Sequence record: LR588166.1
Direction: 5' to 3' (one strand)
Length of the DNA: 64,000 nucleotides
The notes beneath the pieces were generated by a model, which saw nothing but the letters and a program-made list of their open reading frames with translations, did no database searches and was not told where the DNA came from. This document shows, piece by piece, positions 1-7,803 of this stretch. The translations under genes were made by a program, and so were the position numbers. The stretch's first letter is position 1; each line of letters opens with the position of its first letter.

Positions 1-159
1 ACTAATCTTAGAACAAATATTCACTTGATTTTTCTCCCAATATAGTGTATGTCTATATTAGATAAGATTAAGTCTTGTTTGCTTGTTACATTTTATATGT
101 TGCAATGCTAAGGCAATGACAATATTATATGTACAGCAACACAAAACAGGAGATATAAC

Positions 160-465
160 ATGTCAGCAGAATTGAAGCGGTTGTTAGAGATTTTTCCAAC
201 CTTTAAATCATTCATTTATGCTAAAGGGGCATATGGCATTGATGTTTGGAAGGCTACAGGTAGTGTTACTTTGGAACAGGTAACCAATGCTGTTAATGCA
301 GGTAATGCAGAATGGCAATGTAAAGGTGATCCAACATGCAGCCTGGAACAAAACAGCATGTATATTTTCATTACTATTCAGGAACCAGACTACACAGGAA
401 TGGTTGATATTGATATTTGTGTAAAGATTACTAACGGTAATGAAGTAAGTTATCAAATAGCATAA
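160..465 (+). CDS. hypothetical early protein (101 aa)
   Basis: ACAGGAG RBS before ATG; followed by a terminator hairpin. Confidence 0.8.
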   Translation: MSAELKRLLEIFPTFKSFIYAKGAYGIDVWKATGSVTLEQVTNAVNAGNAEWQCKGDPTCSLEQNSMYIFITIQEPDYTGMVDIDICVKITNGNEVSYQIA

Positions 466-466
466 T

Positions 467-496
467 AAAGGAAAGGGGCAACTGCCCCTTTCCTTA
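467..496. terminator. intrinsic terminator hairpin
   Basis: AAGGAAAGGGGCA-ac-TGCCCCTTTCCTT inverted repeat right after the stop. Confidence 0.8.
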
Positions 497-506
497 TGAC
501 CATTGA

Positions 507-527
507 TGCAAACTATTCTTATTTGCA
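507..527. promoter_or_regulatory. conserved 21-bp Fur-box-like motif, copy 1
   Basis: TGCAAACTATTCTTATTTGCA, identical to 932..952; reverse strand matches the 21-bp Fur consensus at 13/21. Confidence 0.55.
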
Positions 528-601
528 CATCAAAAAAATATCTATTGAATTCTATTATTATGATGCTATTATATATAGTGTAATTAACTCGGAGTAAAGT
601 T

Positions 602-889
602 ATGCAACCTCTAAAGCAATTGCCACAAAACTACGCAATAATCACTCCAACTAGTGTTACTAATTTTAGCTGCACCTTTTCTGAAGCCTATTGCAAAATA
701 AAAGCAGAATGCAAAAACGTTTTCTGTTGGGTTCGTTGGGGTGACCACGGCGTTGCAATGAAGCGCCGAATTGATCCACCGTATGTAGTGTATCGAAACA
801 ACGGACGACAACGAAAAGCAGTTCTTGTAAACGTAGACAAAGCCCCTGTTAATTGGCAAGACGAACTTAAACAACTATACAAATGGTAA
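602..889 (+). CDS. hypothetical early protein (95 aa)
   Basis: GGAG RBS; followed by a terminator. Confidence 0.75.
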   Translation: MQPLKQLPQNYAIITPTSVTNFSCTFSEAYCKIKAECKNVFCWVRWGDHGVAMKRRIDPPYVVYRNNGRQRKAVLVNVDKAPVNWQDELKQLYKW

Positions 890-890
890 T

Positions 891-921
891 TAAGAAAAGG
901 GCTATTATAGCCCTTTTCTTA
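891..921. terminator. intrinsic terminator hairpin
   Basis: TAAGAAAAGGGCTA-tta-TAGCCCTTTTCTTA. Confidence 0.8.
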
Positions 922-931
922 TGACCGTTAA

Positions 932-952
932 TGCAAACTATTCTTATTTGCA
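932..952. promoter_or_regulatory. Fur-box-like motif, copy 2
   Basis: TGCAAACTATTCTTATTTGCA directly after the terminator. Confidence 0.55.
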
Positions 953-1070
953 CGATCCCGCGCTTATAACACAAGTATGTTACAAAAGCAAGAATAAAAT
1001 TAACTTGACACCTATATGTAGAATATAGCACAATGTGTTTATAAATTATATTACTACAGGAGTGTTAACC

Positions 1071-1442
1071 ATGTTCAAATGCAAATTGTTTGTAGTAGAT
1101 CCTGTTTATAACAACCTTTGCTACACTCAACAAATATGGCTCGATAGTGACATAAATGTGTGTAGCCAAATAAAGCGTATTATTTCTGACGTAGAATTGG
1201 CATGCGCAAACAGGATAGTAAATAATCCTCATAGTCCACTATGCGTTAAATCGGCAGCATTAAAAATGGTTATGGACGGGCGCATTGACATCGAACTCAA
1301 AGATGTCGATAGTTACGTTGATCAATATAAAGACATTCTTCCTAGCACAAATATTTTGGGTGTTTTTAAACCGACGTTTTTATCTAACTGGAAAGAAGAG
1401 TGTGAACTTTATTTCCTCACTTGTGTTGAAAAAGACAATTAA
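1071..1442 (+). CDS. hypothetical early protein
   Basis: Start moved to ATG 1071, which has an ACAGGAG RBS and is in frame with the 1035 ORF. Confidence 0.75.
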   Translation: MFKCKLFVVDPVYNNLCYTQQIWLDSDINVCSQIKRIISDVELACANRIVNNPHSPLCVKSAALKMVMDGRIDIELKDVDSYVDQYKDILPSTNILGVFKPTFLSNWKEECELYFLTCVEKDN

Positions 1443-1453
1443 TATAATATAAT

Positions 1454-1741
1454 ATGGAATATGATTTAAAAAATATTGTTTCGAAGACTATCTTATCTAA
1501 TAAAATTAAGATAGTCTCTTTACGTACTGTAGTAAAAACTCAGTATAAAAGAGTAGACTTCCATTATAAGATAGAATGTGAAAATAGTTCTGCAAAACGT
1601 AATTTGGTGCTTGCCCGTATATGCAAACCATTAGAACACACATTAGGTTCAAAACTTGTTTATGTAGATATTGTGCCTATCAAGTTTAAGAAAGATGAAA
1701 TGCCATCTACTATTCTATCAGTAAGTGTAATGACCGATTGA
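1454..1741 (+). CDS. hypothetical protein (95 aa)
   Basis: ORF directly follows the previous gene; no clear SD. Confidence 0.6.
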   Translation: MEYDLKNIVSKTILSNKIKIVSLRTVVKTQYKRVDFHYKIECENSSAKRNLVLARICKPLEHTLGSKLVYVDIVPIKFKKDEMPSTILSVSVMTD

Positions 1742-1766
1742 TATTTGGATTTGATATCTGGAAATA

Positions 1767-1787
1767 TAATAGTAATTCTTATTTGCA
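1767..1787. promoter_or_regulatory. Fur-box-like motif, copy 3
   Basis: TAATAGTAATTCTTATTTGCA; reverse strand 14/21 to Fur consensus. Confidence 0.5.
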
Positions 1788-1833
1788 ATTATAATAAATT
1801 CTTGTTTACTTTTAAAATAAAAGCAAATTCTAG

Positions 1834-1862
1834 TTGCATAGCTAGCGGCACTGTGCTAGTAT
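1834..1862 (+). promoter_or_regulatory. sigma70-type early promoter
   Basis: TTGCAT-17-TAGTAT with TG extended -10. Confidence 0.65.
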
Positions 1863-1892
1863 ATTAAAAAATAAAGACAGGAGTGTTATTAC

Positions 1893-2075
1893 ATGCAAAC
1901 CAAAGCAACCGAGTTGGCAGTAGGCGATGTTGTTTTCTACAACGGCATGAAAATGACTATCCAGAAAATTTCTAAAGGTCGGTGTGCAATAGATATTACA
2001 CTAGTAAATACTTTGGCTAAACTCACATCTTATGTGACAGTCGACTACGACGAAGAATTTGAAGAAGTATTATAA
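1893..2075 (+). CDS. small hypothetical protein, possibly SH3/KOW-like
   Basis: ACAGGAG RBS; ELAVGDVVFYNG pattern; ends at a bidirectional terminator. Confidence 0.7.
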   Translation: MQTKATELAVGDVVFYNGMKMTIQKISKGRCAIDITLVNTLAKLTSYVTVDYDEEFEEVL

Positions 2076-2091
2076 TGCAGAAATTATAGTC

Positions 2092-2122
2092 ATAAGAAAA
2101 GGGGCAATGCCCCTTTTCTTAT
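2092..2122. terminator. bidirectional terminator
   Basis: ATAAGAAAAGGGGCA-a-TGCCCCTTTTCTTAT between convergent genes. Confidence 0.85.
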
Positions 2123-2358
2123 AGTCCCAACAAATGTTTGCCACTTTTGACTTGCATCATACGCACTTTCTTTTTGCGCATTTGCGTTCTTACGTTCAGG
2201 CTGTTGGGACCTTTGAAGCTATACAGTATTTCAGTAGTCCCGTCTTCATAGTTGCGTACCACATTTGCAACAATTTGACTGCCTTCCTGGAACGCTTCGA
2301 TAAACACGCAGTAATTGAAATTTTCCTTGTTAGCGTTATGTGCGCGTAGTTGCATCAT
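2119..2358 (-). CDS. hypothetical protein (79 aa)
   Basis: GCAGGAG RBS on the minus strand; upstream TTGCAT..TATACT promoter; ends in the terminator. Confidence 0.75.
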   Translation of the reverse strand: MMQLRAHNANKENFNYCVFIEAFQEGSQIVANVVRNYEDGTTEILYSFKGPNSLNVRTQMRKKKVRMMQVKSGKHLLGL

Positions 2359-2502
2359 TTTCTGTTACTCCTGCGTTGTTTTGCTTTGTTATGTGTAGTA
2401 TACGCTATGTGTGTACTAATGCAAGAATTTTCTTCCATTTTCTTTCAAATAAAATGTTATTAGCATCTATTCTGTTATAACATTTTCTACGACTTCATGT
2501 TT

Positions 2503-2529
2503 TGCAAATAAGAATTAATCGCATTTGCA
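2503..2529. promoter_or_regulatory. Fur-box-like motif, copy 4 (inverted, extended)
   Basis: TGCAAATAAGAATTAATCGCATTTGCA; first 21 nt 13/21 to consensus; oriented with the minus-strand gene. Confidence 0.55.
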
Positions 2530-2712
2530 TTCCTACCTATCTGCCTAAAATTTAGGCAGCCTGGGTGATTGTCTCCCCCCGCCCTATTACTGGTCTCTGT
2601 ATAAAGATAATAGCACATTTGTATCTGCATGCAAGCATTTTTTGTAGAATTTTTCTCTTGACATTCCTTGCTGTAGGCTACATTATGCACACACAGAGCA
2701 GGAGATACCATT

Positions 2713-3093
2713 ATGGCACTCATAGCATTAGTAGCAACCGCATATGACAAAGAAGGCGATAAGTTCGACTATGTTCGATATCTTAAAGCTCATATCAATT
2801 TTGTTTCTGCTCAAGATCAACTGAAAGAATGGATCAAAAACAAAATTGATGCAAGTATAGCAGAAGTTAAAATCGGATTACGTGCAGAAATCGAAGTATT
2901 GGCCTATTTGGGAAACTATATAAGCCATAGTCAACGGATTATTAGTCCCGCTGGGATCATCATGTACATTGTTCTTGATGAGAAGTATGTTAATGAACTT
3001 CACGGTCAAATTTCTAATGCAATTGATTGTGAAGAAAAGAAACATGTAATAAAGAAAGAAGAAAACGTCACTTATATTGATTTTAAAAAATAA
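2713..3093 (+). CDS. hypothetical protein (126 aa)
   Basis: AGCAGGAG RBS; TTGACA upstream at 2658. Confidence 0.8.
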   Translation: MALIALVATAYDKEGDKFDYVRYLKAHINFVSAQDQLKEWIKNKIDASIAEVKIGLRAEIEVLAYLGNYISHSQRIISPAGIIMYIVLDEKYVNELHGQISNAIDCEEKKHVIKKEENVTYIDFKK

Positions 3094-3094
3094 C

Positions 3095-3123
3095 TTGCAT
3101 TAGCTGTAATGTATATGTATTAT
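3095..3123 (+). promoter_or_regulatory. sigma70 promoter of the candidate sRNA
   Basis: TTGCAT-17-TATTAT. Confidence 0.7.
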
Positions 3124-3129
3124 GTACTC

Positions 3130-3286
3130 AAGTTTGCAGCAAGACGTATTAATTTGTTTTGCTGTTAGTTGTAACTCCTGCTACCAAGTATGTGTTGAGC
3201 TAATGCTCCTGACTTGGTTCTTGGTACACTGGTTTGGGTGTACCGTTCTTGAGCTGCAAAGGGCTTGCCCGGCGCAGCTTTTTTTT
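3130..3286 (+). ncRNA. candidate ~157-nt structured small RNA
   Basis: Own promoter; stems 3136-45/3156-65, 3184-89/3212-17, 3223-29/3238-44; terminator AGCTGC..GGG-CTTG-CCC..GCAGCT plus T8; no RBS-led ORF. Confidence 0.7.
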
Positions 3287-3302
3287 GACTAATATTATTC
3301 AT

Positions 3303-3332
3303 TTGACAAAAAATAATAATTAAAAATATAAT
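3303..3332 (+). promoter_or_regulatory. sigma70 promoter
   Basis: TTGACA-18-TATAAT. Confidence 0.7.
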
Positions 3333-3366
3333 AGCTTAGTGTATAACTTCCCATATTAGGCTAATT

Positions 3367-3738
3367 ATGAAATTTGTTATTGCTGCTATTGCATTGTCTT
3401 TGTCCACACTAGTTTCTGCAGAATCTATTTCTGAAGTTAAGATAACTAAAGAAACATGCCTTACACTTCTGGAATTATCTAAGATTCATGTTGATATGGT
3501 AGTAAATGAACATATGAATGCAATACAAATTGCATCTCATATGGATATTGTATCTAATTTGTATAAGAATAATAATAGTAAATGGCTTGCATTCTTGCAG
3601 GCTCAAGCAAATATTTCAAAATTAATTGATGACGTATATGAGTTTTCATCTACTGAAGAAAGAAAGATTATTCCTCTAGCCATATTTAACGGTTGTATGG
3701 AAAGAGTTGGTAATACTTTTGAAATATATAAGAAATAA
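3367..3738 (+). CDS. putative exported/periplasmic protein
   Basis: Sec-type signal peptide pattern MKFVIAAIALSLSTLVSA|E. Confidence 0.75.
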   Translation: MKFVIAAIALSLSTLVSAESISEVKITKETCLTLLELSKIHVDMVVNEHMNAIQIASHMDIVSNLYKNNNSKWLAFLQAQANISKLIDDVYEFSSTEERKIIPLAIFNGCMERVGNTFEIYKK

Positions 3739-3739
3739 T

Positions 3740-4051
3740 ATGTATGTATATGTAGTCCACGGAATAGTCAATACAGGCGTTGAGACTAATATTTGTGATA
3801 TAGAACGTTACGTTACAGTTAACGACTTCCATGCTGTAGCAAAGTTTCTTAATTTTAAAGAACATATAGCAGCAAACCCAAACTTATATATACGATTAAT
3901 TACTACTGGATTGAATACTAAAAAGAACATATTAGAATTAAACTTATCGAAAAAAGAATATGTAGTATCGGGTTTTAGAGTTACATCAACTAATATAAAT
4001 GAATGCATTGAATATTACCTGTGTAGAAGGATATTTAAGTTACATGATTGA
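3740..4051 (+). CDS. hypothetical protein
   Basis: ATG 3740 lies 1 nt after the upstream stop; in frame with the 3707 ORF. Confidence 0.65.
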   Translation: MYVYVVHGIVNTGVETNICDIERYVTVNDFHAVAKFLNFKEHIAANPNLYIRLITTGLNTKKNILELNLSKKEYVVSGFRVTSTNINECIEYYLCRRIFKLHD

Positions 4052-4169
4052 ATTTATATTAAAATCCCTTTTATTAACTTCAGTTGTCAGTGTTGGCATA
4101 CTACTGATATTCATTATTATTTCACTGTTAATGTTTGGCTTAGCACCGATAGTTCCATTCCTTATTTAA
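4044..4169 (+). CDS. 41-aa membrane peptide (not in ORF track)
   Basis: MIEFILKSLLLTSVVSVGILLIFIIISLLMFGLAPIVPFLI; overlaps the upstream stop by 8 nt. Confidence 0.6.
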   Translation: MIEFILKSLLLTSVVSVGILLIFIIISLLMFGLAPIVPFLI

Positions 4170-4190
4170 TTTTAATTATTTGCAAGCAAA

Positions 4191-4217
4191 TGCAAATGCG
4201 AACAATTCTTATTATCC
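4191..4217. promoter_or_regulatory. Fur-box-like motif, copy 5 (extended)
   Basis: TGCAAATGCGAACAATTCTTATTATCC; reverse of 4197..4217 is 14/21 and includes GATAAT. Confidence 0.6.
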
Positions 4218-4383
4218 AGCAGGCCACTGTACCTAATCTTCGTTAGATAAAATCTATTAGAATCTACACAGTCCATTAAAACGTTCAATTGTACATGGTG
4301 GCCAGATCTGCATATACTACACACATGAAGCAAGCAAACAGCGCTTCATAAACAAACCCAAATACAGCTAGGAGTTCCAAATC

Positions 4384-4821
4384 ATGACCAAAGCAACCGT
4401 TACCGTCGAGCAATCCGCAATCAAACTGGTCCGCCGCAACCTGGAAGGGCACCGGCAAGCCCTGCTGCTGAACGGCGTCGAAGTAGGCAGCAGCGAAGCG
4501 TTCTACAAGACCAAAACCCAGCGCACCTGGTCGGCGAAGATCGACGCCAACATCAACGGCAAGGACATCGTCCTCGAACAGAAAGGTGTGTTCAGTGCGA
4601 TCCGGATCGCCCGGGCGATGGAACAAGCAATCCTGTTCATCCTGACCGACGGCAAAGAAGGCTCCGAGATGCCGGCTAGCACGCTGAGCAAGGAAGAACA
4701 AGCCCACAACCTGGTCAAGGCAGTAGTCCAGGTCGCCGCCCACGCTGTCCAGTCCGGCGCCGCTGCCCCGGCGAAGAAAGGCAGCTCGAAGAAGCGCAAA
4801 GAAGCCCAGCCGGAAGCATAA
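4384..4821 (+). CDS. hypothetical protein, GC-rich, basic C-terminal tail (145 aa)
   Basis: AGGAG RBS; G/C-ending codons; terminator follows. Confidence 0.85.
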   Translation: MTKATVTVEQSAIKLVRRNLEGHRQALLLNGVEVGSSEAFYKTKTQRTWSAKIDANINGKDIVLEQKGVFSAIRIARAMEQAILFILTDGKEGSEMPASTLSKEEQAHNLVKAVVQVAAHAVQSGAAAPAKKGSSKKRKEAQPEA

Positions 4822-4834
4822 TCCGGACTACACC

Positions 4835-4860
4835 GAGAAAGCACCGAAAGGTGCTTTCTC
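4835..4860. terminator. intrinsic terminator hairpin
   Basis: GAGAAAGCACC-GAAA-GGTGCTTTCTC. Confidence 0.8.
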
Positions 4861-4872
4861 TATGACTGTTAA

Positions 4873-4926
4873 TAGCAAATATTCTTATTTACATCTAATC
4901 TGAAATAATAATAACTCTTATTTACA
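4873..4926. promoter_or_regulatory. two Fur-box-like motifs, copies 6 and 7
   Basis: TAGCAAATATTCTTATTTACA (12/21) and TAATAATAACTCTTATTTACA (14/21); the second overlaps a TTTACA -35. Confidence 0.5.
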
Positions 4927-4977
4927 AATCATACTGAATAGTGTATTTTACACACTAAACATTGTAGGTAATACAAA

Positions 4978-5466
4978 TTGAATATATTTGTGACTGACAC
5001 AAATCCTTATGTATGTGCCAAACATCATTGTGATGTTCATCTAAGAAAGATGATAGTAGAAACAGCACAATTGTTAAGCACTACTCATTATATAATAAAC
5101 GGATATACTCCTGCATATAAACCTACTCATAAAAATCACCCATGTGCCGTTTGGATTAGAGAAAGTTCAAATAACTATAAATGGACTTATGAACTTCTTA
5201 CAAGTCTTATAAATGAATTTGAATATAGATTTGACAAACAACATGCAACTAAAATTCACCTTTCGTCATTAAAAACTATACCAAAACTCCCTAATATAGA
5301 AAGAACAGAGTTTGTCTTAGTTATGCCAGACGAATTTAAAACAGATAATGTAACACATTCATATCAGATATATTTGAATAACAAATTTAAAGAATGGGCA
5401 TCGAGATCTAACAGACCCATTTATGCTACATATACAAAGACACCTAAACCATATTTTATTAGTTGA
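4978..5466 (+). CDS. denV: pyrimidine-dimer DNA glycosylase/endonuclease V family protein
   Basis: MNIFVTD..P..CA..HCD.H..KMIVETAQLLST and Y(K)PTH.NHPC..W motifs of the Pyr_excise family. Confidence 0.8.
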   Translation: MNIFVTDTNPYVCAKHHCDVHLRKMIVETAQLLSTTHYIINGYTPAYKPTHKNHPCAVWIRESSNNYKWTYELLTSLINEFEYRFDKQHATKIHLSSLKTIPKLPNIERTEFVLVMPDEFKTDNVTHSYQIYLNNKFKEWASRSNRPIYATYTKTPKPYFIS

Positions 5467-5482
5467 AATATAATAAAAATGA

Positions 5483-5511
5483 TTGACATGTACATAAGAT
5501 CATATTATGCT
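5483..5511 (+). promoter_or_regulatory. sigma70 promoter
   Basis: TTGACA-17-TATGCT. Confidence 0.75.
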
Positions 5512-5538
5512 GTATAAAACAGCAAGGAGTAGATATAC

Positions 5539-5772
5539 ATGTACCGCAAACTGAATACAAATCCGCGCCCAATGCCAAAAACAAAGGCAATTCCAACTAA
5601 ATTTGTCATTCAGTACACTGCACGGAATAAAGCAACAGAAAGTTTGTTCAAAAAAAGAACTATTACATTACATGCGTTTGGGCGTCTCGATGCACAAACA
5701 CTCCTATCGAAACATATCCGAAAAAATAATTTGGAATTAGGTGTAATTATTGATTTCGGTGAAACAGTTTAG
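5539..5772 (+). CDS. hypothetical basic protein (77 aa)
   Basis: AAGGAG RBS, own promoter and terminator. Confidence 0.8.
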   Translation: MYRKLNTNPRPMPKTKAIPTKFVIQYTARNKATESLFKKRTITLHAFGRLDAQTLLSKHIRKNNLELGVIIDFGETV

Positions 5773-5780
5773 TTAGTAAC

Positions 5781-5811
5781 AAAGGAAAGGGGAATTAATC
5801 CCCTTTCCTTT
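5781..5811. terminator. intrinsic terminator hairpin
   Basis: AAAGGAAAGGGGA-atta-atCCCCTTTCCTTT. Confidence 0.8.
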
Positions 5812-5823
5812 TATTAAGTCAAA

Positions 5824-5850
5824 TGCAAATACAAATTATTCTTATTTGCA
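5824..5850. promoter_or_regulatory. Fur-box-like motif, copy 8 (extended)
   Basis: TGCAAATACAAATTATTCTTATTTGCA; 13/21 for 5830..5850; a TTGTAT-17-TACACT promoter follows at 5865..5893. Confidence 0.55.
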
Positions 5851-5932
5851 CAGATCAGACCCTGTTGTATTCTCCATTACGTGGTGCTACACTGTAAACA
5901 GTTGCACAAAACCATAAGCAGGAGTGTTAAAA

Positions 5933-6229
5933 ATGAACCAAGTGAATAACACCGAAGAGATGGCGTACATCCGCAATCTGCTTCAGTCTGAAGATGCAGT
6001 AAAATACTTTGCTCGCAAAGTCAACGACCTCATCGGCAAAGAGGCATTCGAGCGGCTCCTTAACGGCTTGTCCTACGAGGAGAATGTGGCACTGAACCTG
6101 ATGATCGAAAACAATCTCGTTAGCTTGCACAGCGATGGCTTTGTCGGTATCAAGTTCGATCTCAAACTGGAAGACGTGCGGTCAGACGTCGACTTCACCG
6201 ACGAAGGCTTCGAGCTAGAGGAAGAGTGA
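5933..6229 (+). CDS. hypothetical acidic protein, GC-rich
   Basis: AGCAGGAG RBS before ATG 5933. Confidence 0.8.
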   Translation: MNQVNNTEEMAYIRNLLQSEDAVKYFARKVNDLIGKEAFERLLNGLSYEENVALNLMIENNLVSLHSDGFVGIKFDLKLEDVRSDVDFTDEGFELEEE

Positions 6230-6366
6230 TGGCTTACTACAATGAATTCTGAATACTGAAAAGTGCCTAAGAAGTAATTCCAGTTGTATCTAAAACACTA
6301 TATGTTATTATACATATAGTGTTTTTATTTCTTATAATTATATTCAATAATAATGGTAAAATATAT

Positions 6367-6690
6367 ATGATTGAAGTAATTAAATGCATTATATGTAATG
6401 AATCACCCCGACCCGGTGCATTTGCAGCATTTATTACTCAAATGCGTCAAGTAGTAAAACCTCATGCAACTATAACTAGTTGGAATATTCTGCCCGGCAT
6501 TAATGATGATCCAACTAGTTATATTCATGCATTCAGTATAAAATCAAAAACAGCATACGATATTAATCAAGCGATTACCTTATTACTAATGTCATTATAT
6601 AATGCTAGTGAATATAAGACTAACTACATACCTACTTCGTTTAAAGACTATGAATCTACAATAAAGCATTTATCTAAGATCAAACAATAG
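6367..6690 (+). CDS. hypothetical protein with N-terminal CxxC
   Basis: In frame with the 6319 ORF; start uncertain. Confidence 0.55.
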   Translation: MIEVIKCIICNESPRPGAFAAFITQMRQVVKPHATITSWNILPGINDDPTSYIHAFSIKSKTAYDINQAITLLLMSLYNASEYKTNYIPTSFKDYESTIKHLSKIKQ

Positions 6691-6754
6691 CCAGTTGCAT
6701 ATTTACAAATATACATGTATGCTAATATGTATACACAATCATGAGTACAATATC

Positions 6755-6910
6755 ATGACAAAAGAAATTGCTTTTACTGAAGGATTAAAAGCAGGCGCTC
6801 AAATAAAAGAAGGCAAAGCTATCCTAACTGACTTCTTTCGATATTTCAATTCCTTACCAACTAATATGAGAACTTCTTTTATTATCGGTATCAAAACCGG
6901 TAGGAACTAA
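6755..6910 (+). CDS. small hypothetical protein
   Basis: TTGCAT-17-TATGCT promoter at 6695..6723 places the start at ATG 6755. Confidence 0.6.
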   Translation: MTKEIAFTEGLKAGAQIKEGKAILTDFFRYFNSLPTNMRTSFIIGIKTGRN

Positions 6911-6997
6911 TAAGCATATTAATTTTCATATTTTGGTAGACAAAGGTACTCACTGGATGCATACTGTATACATACAGAACATACGGAGTACAAAGGG

Positions 6998-7267
6998 ATG
7001 GACGCGCACTGCCTGCTTAGCCTTATCGAAGACCTCCCTATAGCTGTCTTCGGTAGCACAATGGATATTGTTCATCGAGTCAATTTTGAAGCTCTGGACA
7101 ATGCCGCGCACACCGACGGAGTAAAAGTCCACGAAGATGGAACCAACCGTTATACGGACGCTTTTGTTGATTGTTGGCTCCGCAGCGTCGAAACAGTTTT
7201 GGCCTGTTGCGATTTTGTGACTGAGGATGCCGCTAAGTGGTATACCGAGCACGGTGTCAAGTTTTGA
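6998..7267 (+). CDS. hypothetical protein, GC-rich
   Basis: GGAG upstream; coding-like composition. Confidence 0.6.
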   Translation: MDAHCLLSLIEDLPIAVFGSTMDIVHRVNFEALDNAAHTDGVKVHEDGTNRYTDAFVDCWLRSVETVLACCDFVTEDAAKWYTEHGVKF

Positions 7268-7298
7268 CATCCTCTACCTGCGCCTGCAGATAAAAAGG

Positions 7299-7327
7299 TT
7301 GACGTAGACTAGCAATGGACACATAAT
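7299..7327 (+). promoter_or_regulatory. sigma70 promoter, duplicated at 8695
   Basis: GTTGACG-17-CATAAT-AATTACAAC. Confidence 0.75.
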
Positions 7328-7361
7328 AATTACAACACAACCAGCCCAGGAGGGCAAAACT

Positions 7362-7511
7362 ATGTGTAACATTCAATGCATGAACAGCAAAGCCGGCGAG
7401 TCCTACGCATGGATTTGGAGCGATAGTGATAGCGATATCTGCTACGAAGTCATCTTCCGGCATGGCCAAGTCCTCACCCAGGTTTGGCTCGGCTATGATA
7501 TCGTAGCCTAA
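7362..7511 (+). CDS. 49-aa hypothetical protein (not in ORF track)
   Basis: AGGAGGG RBS; MCNIQCMNSKAGESYAWIWSDSDSDICYEVIFRHGQVLTQVWLGYDIVA; hairpin 7521..7543 follows. Confidence 0.7.
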   Translation: MCNIQCMNSKAGESYAWIWSDSDSDICYEVIFRHGQVLTQVWLGYDIVA

Positions 7512-7560
7512 CACCAACTAAAGCCCCGTCCCAGGCGGGGCTTCACTGAAGGAAAGGATC

Positions 7561-7770
7561 ATGATCGAACAACTGAAAGACATGCTCGTAGCGCAACGCA
7601 TGCGCATGAACCAACTCGAAAAACTGCGCTACACCGGACGGGTCGCTAGCGAGTTGCATGCCCACGCCAGAGAATTGTGTGAAGCCTTGGAACTGGCAAT
7701 TGCAAATGCCCAGTGCCTGGAAATGCGCAAGTTCGAAGAAGCCGCCCTGCACGCCCTGTTCGCACAATAA
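7561..7770 (+). CDS. hypothetical helical protein (69 aa)
   Basis: AAGGA RBS; GC-rich codons. Confidence 0.75.
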   Translation: MIEQLKDMLVAQRMRMNQLEKLRYTGRVASELHAHARELCEALELAIANAQCLEMRKFEEAALHALFAQ

Positions 7771-7803
7771 CCCACCACGCACAACCCGACAAGGAAACCA
7801 ACC

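Noticed and set aside
3122-3292. 56-codon ORF overlapping the sRNA candidate
   Set aside because: Its ATG overlaps the -10 box, it has no RBS, and it reads through the terminator.
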